Below are positions 37,808 through 47,332 of a stretch of DNA of 64,000 nt, in pieces. Source of the stretch: Candidatus Latescibacterota bacterium (GTDB lineage: Bacteria > Latescibacterota > UBA2968 > UBA8231); assembly GCA_965203175.1 (NCBI GenBank), contig OZ241867.1, positions 64,001 through 128,000 of the forward strand, given 5' to 3'. The translations under genes and the position numbers were made by a program. The notes under the pieces were generated by a model that was not told the origin of the DNA, ran no database searches, and saw only the letters and a program-made list of their open reading frames with translations. How positions within the stretch are numbered: the first letter of the stretch is position 1; every line of letters begins with the position of its first letter.

Positions 37808-37877
37808 TGCTTTACTCCATTGGAAAGAGGTTGGAAAACCTATAACTTCTCTGCATGTGCTTTTGCTATGGCCTTAC

Positions 37878-37933
37878 ATTGTACGGAATTTATTTTTCTC
37901 ACTTGTCAAAAAAATAAAAACCTTGCCTGACAA
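37878..37933. promoter_or_regulatory. AT-rich divergent promoter region with TTGTCA-N19-TGACAA inverted repeat
   Basis: Minus-strand TTGACA (37904-37909) and TACAAT (37878-37883) are separated by 20 nt. Inverted hexamers lie at 37903-37908 and 37928-37933. Confidence 0.35.
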
Positions 37934-37939
37934 ATAAAT

Positions 37940-39862
37940 ATGCAAAAATTTGCGTCATTTTTGGACTATCACTCCCGCGTTTTGCCGGTTGCGCCGTTGT
38001 CGTTTCTGCGCTGGCTACTCTGCCCTCTTGTTGTTCTTGCTGCCTGTGAATCGCCAGAGCCAGACGACAGGCCACTGGCCCAAGTCGGCACTGAGCTGAT
38101 TACCGAGCGGGACTATCGCAGTTTTGTCGCCGGCCTGCCCGAGTGGACCAAAAGCGCGGCCGAAGGCAGCGACCAAGTGCGCGACTACCTGCAATCCCTC
38201 GTCGATCGCGCCCTCATCTTGCACGCAGCGCGGGAGCAGAAGGTGGAACAGAGCGCAGGCGTGCAAAAAAACATGGAAGTGGCCCTGCGGCTGAAAGTGG
38301 GCCAAGCGATGGAGCAGCGCTACATCCGACCCGCCGTTTCGGTCAGCGAAGAAGAGCTGCGGCGAGAATTCGCAGCGCAGCGGTGGGAGCGACAACTCAA
38401 GATCGCCCACATTTTCACACGGACGCAGGCGCGGGCTGAAGCAGCCCTAGCCGCTCTGCAAGCGGGTCGAGCCTTTGCAGAAGTGGCGCACGAATTTTCG
38501 CAAAACCGCACCACTGCGGCGCACGGCGGGGAAAAGCCTTACTATTACAGTCGCATCAATGCCATCCCGGCCGTGCGCGACTCTTTGTTTAGCTTGCCCA
38601 AGGGCGCAGTATCCGCGATCCTCCCCGTTCCCAAAGGGTACGAGATTTTCAAAATTCTCGACGAGCGCACGGCTCCCTTTGAGCAAATGCGGCCGCAAGT
38701 CCTCAAAGCCGTTATGAGGGAGCGGTTGCAGGCGCGGCGGCGGGCGTACATCGATTCGCTCGCCGAGCAGTTCCAATGGCAGGAAGTTGCAGAGGGCATG
38801 GACCGGCTCACGCGCATCTTGCACAGCGGCGCGCAAGAAGGCGATAAGAAGGTATTCTACCTCTCGGAGGCAGACGCCGCAGACGCGCTGTATACGTACC
38901 AAGGAGGCGCGATCAGCTTGGGAGAAGCAGTGAGTCGCTCGCAGTTCATCCGCCAAGGCCGGTATGTAGAAGACAGCCTGAAAGTGGCATCCTACTTAGA
39001 GCGCGATGTGAAGGTGCCGCAGCTTCTCCTGCTACAGGGCCGTGCCTTGGGGATCGATCAGGAACCTGCGATCGCCGACTGGCTCGCGCGCAAAAAGGAA
39101 GAAATCCTCATCCGCGAAATGCGGCGTCTCGCCACGGCGAACCAGAAGCCGGTGACCGAGCAAGAGATGCGCGCTCACTACGATGCCCATCCACAGAATT
39201 ACCAGACTTCGTCCATGGTAGAGATCGTGGAAATACAGGTCGAGGAAAAGACCCAAGCGCGGGAACTGCTATCCCAGATACGCGACGACCGGCAGCGGGC
39301 CTCACCGCTAATCGCCCTCCTCGCCGAGATAAAAAAGAACGGGCGCGGGGTGAGCGCGTTGCAGAACCTCAACGATGAACTCGCGGTATATGGCTAGCTC
39401 AAGCAGCGTCTCAGCGACCCGCTGGGCGCGGCACAAGTCGCCGAGGAAATTGCAAACGCAGCCGAGCCGACAGACCTCGCCGAAACCTACATCGCGCGCC
39501 AGCTCGCGGCCGTCCACAGCGTGCGCCACGGCAGCCGCGAGGCCGCGGGCCTCTACCAGCTCTATTGGCACGAGACGCCGCGCTTTGGCCCCCTAGTTAA
39601 AGCGGCCATGGAGGCCGAGGTCGGCGCGCTCATCGGTCCGCTAGAACACCACGGCCTGTACTCGATCGCCAAAGTCGTCGGGCGCGCAGCAGCGGGCCGG
39701 CAGCCCTTTGCGGAAGTGCACAAGCGCATCGAGCACACCTTGCGGCGCAACCGCGAGAACGAATTGTTCGGGCAGTGGCTGCAAGCGCTGCGTGCCGACG
39801 CCGCGGACGAAGTGATCTTCTTCGACGACAACATCGAAGCACTGGGGCGGGACGCGCCGTGA
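37940..39862 (+). pseudogene. SurA/PrsA-like parvulin PPIase lipoprotein interrupted by one in-frame TAG (39395-39397)
   Basis: Lipobox LAAC; 'IAHIF...A..L.AG..FAEVAHEFS....A..GG'. The frame stays open after the TAG to TGA at 39860-39862, and the downstream part aligns with the C-terminus of the intact paralog 60411-62096. Confidence 0.75.
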
Positions 39863-40737
39863 TCCAACGCGAACTTCGCAAGCTGATCGCGCCCCTGCTC
39901 GGGCCGGCGCTCGTGCTGCACATCGCGTTCTTTGTGCTGCCGGTGTGCAACGCCTTCTACTATTCGCTGACTTCTTGGTCGGGCGTATCGCCGGAAAAGG
40001 AGTACATCGGTCTCGCCAATTTTGCGCGCGCCTTTGCCGATCACACCTTTCTCACGGCCCTAGAGAACGTCTTTTTGTTCGGCGTCCTCGGGTTCTTAGT
40101 CGTCTTTCCGTTGAGCCTGCTGTTTGCGGTGATTCTCTCCAAAAAGCCACCCTTTGCAGGCTTTCTAAAATTCGTCGTCTTTGCCCCCACCCTGCTCTCG
40201 GTCGTGGTCACTGCCGTGCTGTGGGGCAGCATCTACAACCCGGTCATCGGCCTGCTCAACGAAACTCTGCGCAGCATCGGGCTAGACTCGCTCACCCGTC
40301 CCTGGTTGGGCAGCCGCCACAACGCCCTGCCGGCCATTGCCGTCGCCATGATCTGGCAGGGGCTGGGCACTTACGTGATCCTATTTTTGGCGGGTTTGCA
40401 AAAGATCCCGCTCAGTTTTTACGAATCCGCCGAGTTGGATGGAGCCAATGCTTGGCAGCAATTTTGGCACGTGACTCTGCCGCTGCTGTGGGACGTCGTG
40501 CAGATTCTGGTGATTTTCTGGATCATCGGTGCCTTTCAGGCTTTTGCCCTCATCTTCGTCATCACGCGCGGCTATCCCAACGTCATCGAAGTGATGGGGA
40601 CCTATATCTATTGGGCCGGTTTTCAGGGGCAGAGCATCGGCTATGCCTCGGCCATGGGGGTCGTCATGTTCTTCTTCGTATTGGCGTTTAGCCTCGTGGT
40701 CAATCGCCTGATGCGTCGCGAGAGCGTGGAATACTAA
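39859..40737 (+). CDS. Carbohydrate ABC transporter permease
   Basis: GTG start overlapping the upstream TGA; 'YIGLANF', EAA loop 'FYESAELDGANAWQQFWHVTLP', 'GYASAMG'. Confidence 0.92.
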   Translation: MIQRELRKLIAPLLGPALVLHIAFFVLPVCNAFYYSLTSWSGVSPEKEYIGLANFARAFADHTFLTALENVFLFGVLGFLVVFPLSLLFAVILSKKPPFAGFLKFVVFAPTLLSVVVTAVLWGSIYNPVIGLLNETLRSIGLDSLTRPWLGSRHNALPAIAVAMIWQGLGTYVILFLAGLQKIPLSFYESAELDGANAWQQFWHVTLPLLWDVVQILVIFWIIGAFQAFALIFVITRGYPNVIEVMGTYIYWAGFQGQSIGYASAMGVVMFFFVLAFSLVVNRLMRRESVEY

Positions 40738-40738
40738 G

Positions 40739-41566
40739 ATGCGCCGTTTGCCCAAACTGCTAGCCATTCTGTTCATGGGGGGCTATTGCCTGAGTTCCCT
40801 AATCGCCCTCTTCTGGGTGGCCTATACCTCCTTTAAGGCCAATCCCGAGTTCTTCGCCAGCACTTGGTCCTTGCCAGCCGAATTGCGCTGGAGCAATTAC
40901 GCGTACGCTTGGGACAACGCCGAAATTGGCCGCTACTTTTTTAACACGGCTTATATCACTGCACTCGCCACCAGCGGCACCCTAGTGGCTTCGGCTATGG
41001 CGGCATATGTCCTATCGCGGGTGACTTTCCGGTTCAGCCGATTCACCTTCTATCTCTTCCTGTCGTCCATGATGGTGCCGCCCATGCTGTACCTCTTCCC
41101 GCTCTTTGTACAGATGCGGCACTTGCACCTGACCAACAGCCACTTTGGGTTGATCGTGCTCTACATTGCCACCGGACTGCCCTTTTCCATCTTTGTCCTG
41201 ACGGGTTTCTTTCGCACCCTGCCGACCGAAATGGAAGAGGCCGCGCTGATCGACGGGGCCTCGCCGTGGCGGACCTTCTGGACGATCGCGCTGCCCCTCG
41301 CCAAGCCCGGGCTAATCGCGGTCTCCATCTTCAACTGTATCAACTACTGGAACGAGTTCTTCTGGTCGCTCATCCTCCTCCGCACTGGCAAGCTCTACAC
41401 GCTGGCCCGAGGCCTGCAAACCCTGTTCTGGAACATGTCAACCGAATCGCGTTGGACCGAGCTATTTGCCGGTCTAGTAATCGTCATGCTGCCCCTGATC
41501 GTGGTGTTCATCCTGTTGCAAAACCGCATAACAGAGGGTCTAACCGTCGGCGCATTAAAGGGCTAA
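40739..41566 (+). CDS. Carbohydrate ABC transporter permease
   Basis: 'EMEEAALIDGASPWRTFWTIALPLAKPG', 'WNEFFW', terminal 'GLTVGALKG'. Confidence 0.92.
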   Translation: MRRLPKLLAILFMGGYCLSSLIALFWVAYTSFKANPEFFASTWSLPAELRWSNYAYAWDNAEIGRYFFNTAYITALATSGTLVASAMAAYVLSRVTFRFSRFTFYLFLSSMMVPPMLYLFPLFVQMRHLHLTNSHFGLIVLYIATGLPFSIFVLTGFFRTLPTEMEEAALIDGASPWRTFWTIALPLAKPGLIAVSIFNCINYWNEFFWSLILLRTGKLYTLARGLQTLFWNMSTESRWTELFAGLVIVMLPLIVVFILLQNRITEGLTVGALKG

Positions 41567-41568
41567 TC

Positions 41569-42879
41569 GTGGAGCGCAGAGACTTTCTCAAATACGTGGC
41601 CGCTTCGGCCCTCGCCAGTGGATGCGGCCGCTACCTGCCCGGGGAAAACGTGCTGGAGATCGCCAACCTCCAGCCGCCCGCCGCCCAAGTGCCAATCAAC
41701 CAACTCATGTGGCGGGCTATAGAGCGCTTCCGCGAGACGCACCCAGAAGTCCAAGTCGAGCCGGCCAGCGGCGGTGGCGGCGGCTACCAAGAATTGATGA
41801 TCCGCGTCATGGAAGGGCACCCGCCGGACATCATGTCCTTTGCCACGGCCGAGACCGGCCTGACCTACGCTTACGTCGAACAGGGGCACGTCCTCGATAT
41901 AACCGAGTATCTCCAGCGGCCCTCTTGGGATACGCCGGGCAAAACTTGGCTGGATACCCTCGACCCGCTCTACCGAGGACCGCTGACGTACAAAGGCCGC
42001 TTTTACGCCATCCCCCAAAACGTGATTTCTCTCCAGGTGTATTGCAACGCCGAGCTGTACCAACGCGCCGGTGCCGATCTCAACCCGCAGACCTGGGACC
42101 AGTTTATCGACAACTGCGAACGCCTCAAACGCGCCGGTATCGTTCCCATCACCCAAGACGGCATCCACTGGTACACGAGCTGGTGGTTCGATCACTTGGC
42201 CCAGCGCATTCTCGGCGCCGACAAGGTGCGCCAAGCCTTCCGCGATCCCCAGCGCCGCACCCGATGGACTGAACCCGGGTTTCTCCAAGCCGCCCGCATG
42301 GTCGAACAGATGCTAGATCGGGAGTATTTCGCAGAAGGATTTGCCGGCCTCAATCACATCGAGTCCGAGCTTTTGTTCTGGCAGGGGCGAGCGGCGAGCG
42401 TCTTTGTCGGCAGTTGGTTTACCAGCGGCCGAACCGCAGTAATCGGAAAGGACTTTCCTTTGTACGCCTTTCGCTTTCCCGCAGTCCAAGGCGGGCGCGG
42501 GAATCCGCACGACTTGATCGGCACGGTCAACACCCAGAGCATCCCCGCCCTAGCCCGCCAGCCCGAGCGGGCGGCGGAATTTCTGCGCTTGGTCAACAGC
42601 CGCTGGTTCCAAGAACAGATGGTGCAACAGGCCCAGATGATTAGCCCGCTTACAGGCATGCCACTGCCCGGTATCCAACAAGGCTTAGGTCAGATCCTCA
42701 CCGAGACCGAGCAGTTCTACTCGTTTTCCTTTGGGCTAGAAGGGGCACACCCGTTCTTGTATCGCCAATATTGGAACGAGTGGAACCAGTTCATGGTGGC
42801 GCGCGAGCTATCGGCCCCCCAACTCGTAGAAAACCTCGAAAATATTTTTACTCGTTATTATGGGCACATTGCGGCCTAG
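41569..42879 (+). CDS. ABC transporter sugar-binding lipoprotein (SBP_bac_1-like), Tat signal
   Basis: GTG start MERRDFLK (twin-Arg) with lipobox ASGC; 'F.ETHPEV.VE', 'PPDI', 'GRFYAIP', 'YCNAELY...G', 'PQTWDQF'. Confidence 0.88.
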   Translation: MERRDFLKYVAASALASGCGRYLPGENVLEIANLQPPAAQVPINQLMWRAIERFRETHPEVQVEPASGGGGGYQELMIRVMEGHPPDIMSFATAETGLTYAYVEQGHVLDITEYLQRPSWDTPGKTWLDTLDPLYRGPLTYKGRFYAIPQNVISLQVYCNAELYQRAGADLNPQTWDQFIDNCERLKRAGIVPITQDGIHWYTSWWFDHLAQRILGADKVRQAFRDPQRRTRWTEPGFLQAARMVEQMLDREYFAEGFAGLNHIESELLFWQGRAASVFVGSWFTSGRTAVIGKDFPLYAFRFPAVQGGRGNPHDLIGTVNTQSIPALARQPERAAEFLRLVNSRWFQEQMVQQAQMISPLTGMPLPGIQQGLGQILTETEQFYSFSFGLEGAHPFLYRQYWNEWNQFMVARELSAPQLVENLENIFTRYYGHIAA

Positions 42880-42885
42880 CAGACC

Positions 42886-43577
42886 ATGCTTCGGCCATCT
42901 ATTGACTATAGTTAGGATAAGTGAGGCGGGATGAACATTAACAAGATTCTTGTTCTAGATGCCATGGGAGTTATATATCAGAGCTGTGACGATGTAGAAG
43001 AATTACTAGTGCCATTTATTCGAGAGAAAGGATCAAATATAGACAAAGAAACCATCGAAGATCTTTATACACGAGCTAGCTTAGGCGAATTTTCTTCCGA
43101 AAAATTTTGGACTAAAGTAGGGGTCGATTGTAACCTTGAGGATGAATACCTTGATAGACATCAACTATCTGTTGGTCTATTAGATTTCTTATCTGTCTTC
43201 AAGAATCAAGTTAAAGCACCTATTTACTGTCTATCTAACGATGTGTCAGAATGGTCAATTAAATTGCGAAAAAAATTTCAGTTAGATCAATATATAGAGC
43301 GATGGTTTATAAGCGGCGATTTAAAAATTAGAAAACCTTCTCCTAACATCTATGATGTCCTGATTAGAGACTCAAATGTAAAACCAACGCAGATGCTATT
43401 TGTTGACGATAGAGAGAAAAATATAGCAGCCGCGAATGAGTTCGGCATACAAACTATACTTTGCAAGATAAATAATAGTACAGAAGAGTATAGTGACGGA
43501 GGTGAGAGTACGGCGATCTATAGCTTCAACGAACTCCTCTATCACTTCAATAAATTCTAGAATCGCTATGCTTCGGC
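42886..43577. repeat. 10-bp direct repeat ATGCTTCGGC flanking the AT-rich HAD gene
   Basis: Copies at 42886-42895 and 43568-43577. Confidence 0.6.
42931..43560 (+). CDS. HAD-superfamily hydrolase (YihX-like), visibly AT-rich
   Basis: Motifs 'LVLDAMGV', 'CLSND', 'RKPSPNIY', 'FVDDREKNI.AA...GI'; base composition differs sharply from the flanks. Confidence 0.85.
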   Translation: MNINKILVLDAMGVIYQSCDDVEELLVPFIREKGSNIDKETIEDLYTRASLGEFSSEKFWTKVGVDCNLEDEYLDRHQLSVGLLDFLSVFKNQVKAPIYCLSNDVSEWSIKLRKKFQLDQYIERWFISGDLKIRKPSPNIYDVLIRDSNVKPTQMLFVDDREKNIAAANEFGIQTILCKINNSTEEYSDGGESTAIYSFNELLYHFNKF

Positions 43578-44396
43578 GCGATCAATCCACTTATAGGCGG
43601 CTTTGGCATTGCGCCAGAAGTATTTCTCCGTCGCCTCTTCGCCGCGCGCGGTAAAATACGTCATCACCAAGCGCTGTATGTCTGCGTACTCGCGGCCACT
43701 GCGGTCGGATACCGGCCAATCGCTGCCGTAAATCAGCCGGTCCTCCCCGAACAAATCCCATAGTGCGTCGAGCACCGGGGCGTAAAAATCCACATCCGTC
43801 GGCGCTGGCTTGACTTGGCTGCGCAAATCCATCAGCCCCGACACCTTGCAATAGACCTGCGGATGGGCCGCGGCCTGGCGCATCAATTCCAGCCGCGCCG
43901 GATCGGGCGGGCTACCGTCGATGGGAATGCCGCCGATGTGGTTTATGACAATGCGCAACTCGGAAAAGCGCTCCGCCAGCGCGGGCACGCCCTCGTGTAA
44001 ACCCGTGTCTAGCTCTAGATCGTTGGCTACTAGCATTTCAGCGGCAGCCAAGCCGTGACTTTCCGCTACATCTACGCGGGCGCGGATGCCGACGAAAACA
44101 GGGTCGGCGGCAAAGCGCTTTAGGTCAGCGGCAAAATTCGGGTCGGCGGGCTCGAGATGGCCGACCAATCCCACGATGAAGGGGTCGGTGGCGGCCAAGT
44201 CGAGAACCCACTGGTTGTCCTCGACCCAAGGACTGCACTCGACCATGACCGTGCCCGTTACGCCCTCGGGCACGGCCAGGGCCTTGTAGTCTTCGGGCAG
44301 CGCGCGCCGATAGAGAATTTCGTCGTCTTTCTCCGGCCAAGGCACACCTTGAGGTCTGAATGGATCGTAGAAATGAGTGTGAGTATCGATGATCAT
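43566..44396 (-). CDS. Amidohydrolase family protein (L-fuconolactonase / L-rhamnono-lactonase-like)
   Basis: Start MIIDTHTHF with AAGGAG RBS; 'VINHIG', 'VYCKVSG', 'DRLIYGSDWPV'. Confidence 0.85.
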   Translation of the reverse strand: MIIDTHTHFYDPFRPQGVPWPEKDDEILYRRALPEDYKALAVPEGVTGTVMVECSPWVEDNQWVLDLAATDPFIVGLVGHLEPADPNFAADLKRFAADPVFVGIRARVDVAESHGLAAAEMLVANDLELDTGLHEGVPALAERFSELRIVINHIGGIPIDGSPPDPARLELMRQAAAHPQVYCKVSGLMDLRSQVKPAPTDVDFYAPVLDALWDLFGEDRLIYGSDWPVSDRSGREYADIQRLVMTYFTARGEEATEKYFWRNAKAAYKWIDRAEA

Positions 44397-44430
44397 CGGA
44401 ATCGCTCCTTTTTTAAGTATGCCACGCAGC

Positions 44431-45375
44431 TCATTTACCGTCCACGGAGGACGGTTGCACCACATCCTGCTCCACAGGCATACGCCAGTTTTGCGCCTCA
44501 TCTAACGTAATAGTGTGAAAATCGGGCATCCGGTCGGCGTTGCGGTCCTGATGCTGATGGCCCCCTAGAATGTACATCGAGTGCTTGCGACCCGACCCCG
44601 ACCGGTCGGCGTCGAGCAGTCGGAATCCCATATGCAGCGTCTGCCCCGGCGCGAAAACGTGCCGCTTGCTCTCCTCCGGGCTCGGTCCCAGCACATCCCA
44701 CAGGGTCGCTTTCCACTCGAAGGTATATTCGACGTGCAAAGTGCCGTTGGCCGCGTCGGGCGGGCGCATCGTCCACGCGATGTCGAAGTGGGGTTTGTGC
44801 ATCGCCCACAGGAACTCCTCTAAGAAAGGGTCGTGGTGCTGGTCGAGAAAGCCAGCCTGGCCGTGAGGGAGGCGCGAGTGCTTCAACGGCAGCACCCGGG
44901 CGTAGTAGCGTTGGCCGTTGACCAGTTCCTCGCGGGTGAACCCGTAGATACTGCCGCCAGAGTGGTCGGAATCCACGGTAATCGACAGCGTATCGTCCCG
45001 CCACCACTTGAGGGGGTCTTCGTTTTCGATTTTGAGGGTATCGTCGCTGATCCGGGCGAAGCAGTACCAGCTATTGTCGGGAGGTGGACTCCAAGCGGTG
45101 TAGATGGTAAAGTCGAAGTCGGCCGCATTGACGTGATCCGATTCGCGGTCGAAGAATCCCTCTCGGTCCAACGCGAGACGGGGGTCGAAAAAGGCCCAGT
45201 CGCCGTCGTCGCCATCTATGGTTATCGACGCGGGATCCGGCACCTCGACAAATGGGACCGTGACGCCTACATGGGCAGACGCGATACTGGTTATGGGAAC
45301 GGTCAGGACTAGGCTTAATAGGAATGCCCTGAATAGACCGCAGCAATGCGCGTACATGTCGCTAGCCATCGTCAT
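44431..45375 (-). CDS. Secreted DOMON/CBM9-like protein (paralog of 56578-57486, lacking the terminal WG motif)
   Basis: 'AHVGVTV...VPDPASITIDGDDGDW', 'DSDHSGG', 'TFEW...LWD..G', 'GRKHSMYI', 'MPDF'. Confidence 0.62.
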   Translation of the reverse strand: MTMASDMYAHCCGLFRAFLLSLVLTVPITSIASAHVGVTVPFVEVPDPASITIDGDDGDWAFFDPRLALDREGFFDRESDHVNAADFDFTIYTAWSPPPDNSWYCFARISDDTLKIENEDPLKWWRDDTLSITVDSDHSGGSIYGFTREELVNGQRYYARVLPLKHSRLPHGQAGFLDQHHDPFLEEFLWAMHKPHFDIAWTMRPPDAANGTLHVEYTFEWKATLWDVLGPSPEESKRHVFAPGQTLHMGFRLLDADRSGSGRKHSMYILGGHQHQDRNADRMPDFHTITLDEAQNWRMPVEQDVVQPSSVDGK

Positions 45376-45472
45376 ATCTTTCCTCGCGTTGGTTCGCCGA
45401 CGTAGGATAAAACTAAAGGTTGTATATTAGCAGCATAATATATAATCGCAATGCTTCTACTTGGAAGAATAC

Positions 45473-47326
45473 ATGAAAGCTATACTTTGTATACAACTGA
45501 TTCTCGCCGCGAGTACAGGAGCTAATGCTATGACCCAGCCGGTGACACTGCAGACGGGGGCGATGATTATCATCGACAACGGGCTGGTGCGTCTGGGGAT
45601 CCGCGAGGACGGCATCCTGCAGGAGCTTTCCCTGCGCGGCGGCCCCAACTTGGCTAGCAGTGGCTACTGGAATTGCAACGGCAACGGATACGACGCGGCG
45701 GGAGCACCGCTGCGCCAGAAATTCTCGGTGCTGGCAGGCCGAGCCAACGTGCTGCGGCAATCCGACGAACTAGTGGAAGTGGCTTTCGTCCGCGAGCCAG
45801 CGGAGCCTCTCTTCTTTCGCACTGCGCTCCACTACGTGCTGCGGCGGGGCGAGCCGGGATTTTACCTCTACATGACAGCGGCCCACGACGCGCAAATGCC
45901 CGCCGGCTCTATCACGCAATACGCCTATACCCTCCGTCTTGCCCCGCAGTACTTCGATTATATCGCCGTTGACGAGATCCGCCGCCACGTAAGCCACACC
46001 TGCGAGGAAGAAGGAGCAGCCAAACAGATCATGGATGCCACATTTGTCCTTGCGGACGGGCGCGTAGTCAGCAAATACGATTACTGTCATGCGATCGAAG
46101 ACGGCGACTTCAATGTATACGGCTGGGCCGGGCCGCAAGCTGGCGTGTGGTGGATCCAAGCTAGTGGGGAATACTATGGCTCGGCACCGTTCCGCGTCTT
46201 ACTGACGAGCCATCAGACGGCGAAGACGCCCGTCATCGTCTGGCAAGCGCACTGCGTGCATCGGGGCGGCTACGAGATCGAGTTCCCGCCCGAGGACGGG
46301 ACGAACTGGCAAAAGATATACGGTCCTGCGTTTATCTATCTCAATAGCGGCGGCAATTACAACAGCCTGTGGAGCGACGCCAAAGCGCGCGTGGCAACCG
46401 TCGCGCAAAAGTGGCCGTTTGCATGGATGGCGCACGAATTGTTTCCGCTTGAGCGCGGCGAAGCGTCCGGCCAGCTCGTTTTCGACGACGGCACTCCGGT
46501 TGTCGATGCGTGGGTAATTCTCACACCGGAAGGGACCCACTGGTCGCAGGAGAACAAAGGATATCACTTCTGGACTCGCACCGATGCGAACGGGCGCTTT
46601 CGCCTGCAACAAGTCCGACCGGGCCGCTACGCGCTCTTCGCGCTAGGTGCCGATCAGTTTTATGAATTCAAACGGGACGGAATCGTGGCCACGGCTGGAG
46701 AGGAGACGGCTGTAGGCCGTCTGACGTGGCAGCGGGTTGTGCGCGGCCGACGCGTTTGGCAGATCGGGACAGCCGATCGGTCGCCGGGGGAATTCGCCAA
46801 TGGCGACGACTTTCACCATTGGGGGCTATGGCGTCGTTATCCGACCGACTTTCCGCAGGACGTCAACTTTGTAATCGGCAAGAGCCAAGAGCGCGAAGAC
46901 TGGAACTTCGCACATTGGAACTGGTATAGCCAAAACAACGCCTGGAATATCGCATTCGATTTGGACGAAAAGCCCACGGGCAAGGCAGTGCTGACTTTTG
47001 GCATCGCTATCTCCAAAGGGCACAATGCACGGGGATTGGGGGATAACAAGGCAGCGACTGAGTTGCAGATCTGGGTCAACGACGCGGAAGTGGGCGTCGT
47101 CAGGGTAGCGAGCACCGGTGGAGACAGCTATCGCAGCGCCAGACAGTCGACGCGCTACAGCGTGGAGGAGATCGTCTTCGACGCCGGACTACTCAGCAGC
47201 GGCGCGAACGCGGTCTCCCTGCGGCATGCTTTGGGCAATCGGTACGTGCAGGGAGAAGAAAAAGGCGAAAGCGGTTCCGGCCCTGGCTGTATCATGTACG
47301 ATGCCATACGACTGGAAATCGAGTAG
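45473..47326 (+). CDS. Rhamnogalacturonan lyase (polysaccharide lyase family 4-like)
   Basis: Signal peptide; 'HYVLRRGEPGFYLY', 'IMDATF.LADG.V.SKYD', 'WQKIYGPAFIYLNSG', 'GYHFWTRTDANGRF....VRPGRY', 'WQIGTADRS..EF', terminal 'IMYDAIRLE'. Confidence 0.85.
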   Translation: MKAILCIQLILAASTGANAMTQPVTLQTGAMIIIDNGLVRLGIREDGILQELSLRGGPNLASSGYWNCNGNGYDAAGAPLRQKFSVLAGRANVLRQSDELVEVAFVREPAEPLFFRTALHYVLRRGEPGFYLYMTAAHDAQMPAGSITQYAYTLRLAPQYFDYIAVDEIRRHVSHTCEEEGAAKQIMDATFVLADGRVVSKYDYCHAIEDGDFNVYGWAGPQAGVWWIQASGEYYGSAPFRVLLTSHQTAKTPVIVWQAHCVHRGGYEIEFPPEDGTNWQKIYGPAFIYLNSGGNYNSLWSDAKARVATVAQKWPFAWMAHELFPLERGEASGQLVFDDGTPVVDAWVILTPEGTHWSQENKGYHFWTRTDANGRFRLQQVRPGRYALFALGADQFYEFKRDGIVATAGEETAVGRLTWQRVVRGRRVWQIGTADRSPGEFANGDDFHHWGLWRRYPTDFPQDVNFVIGKSQEREDWNFAHWNWYSQNNAWNIAFDLDEKPTGKAVLTFGIAISKGHNARGLGDNKAATELQIWVNDAEVGVVRVASTGGDSYRSARQSTRYSVEEIVFDAGLLSSGANAVSLRHALGNRYVQGEEKGESGSGPGCIMYDAIRLEIE

Positions 47327-47332
47327 AAAAAC

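Noticed and set aside
39395-39397. Genome-wide TAG reassignment
   Set aside because: Conserved genes such as argC, the PL4 lyase and several FlgD genes end at TAG exactly where their families end.
42911-43565. Integron gene cassette for the HAD gene
   Set aside because: GTTAGGA upstream only partly fits GTTRRRY, and there is no inverse core or attC hairpin after the stop.
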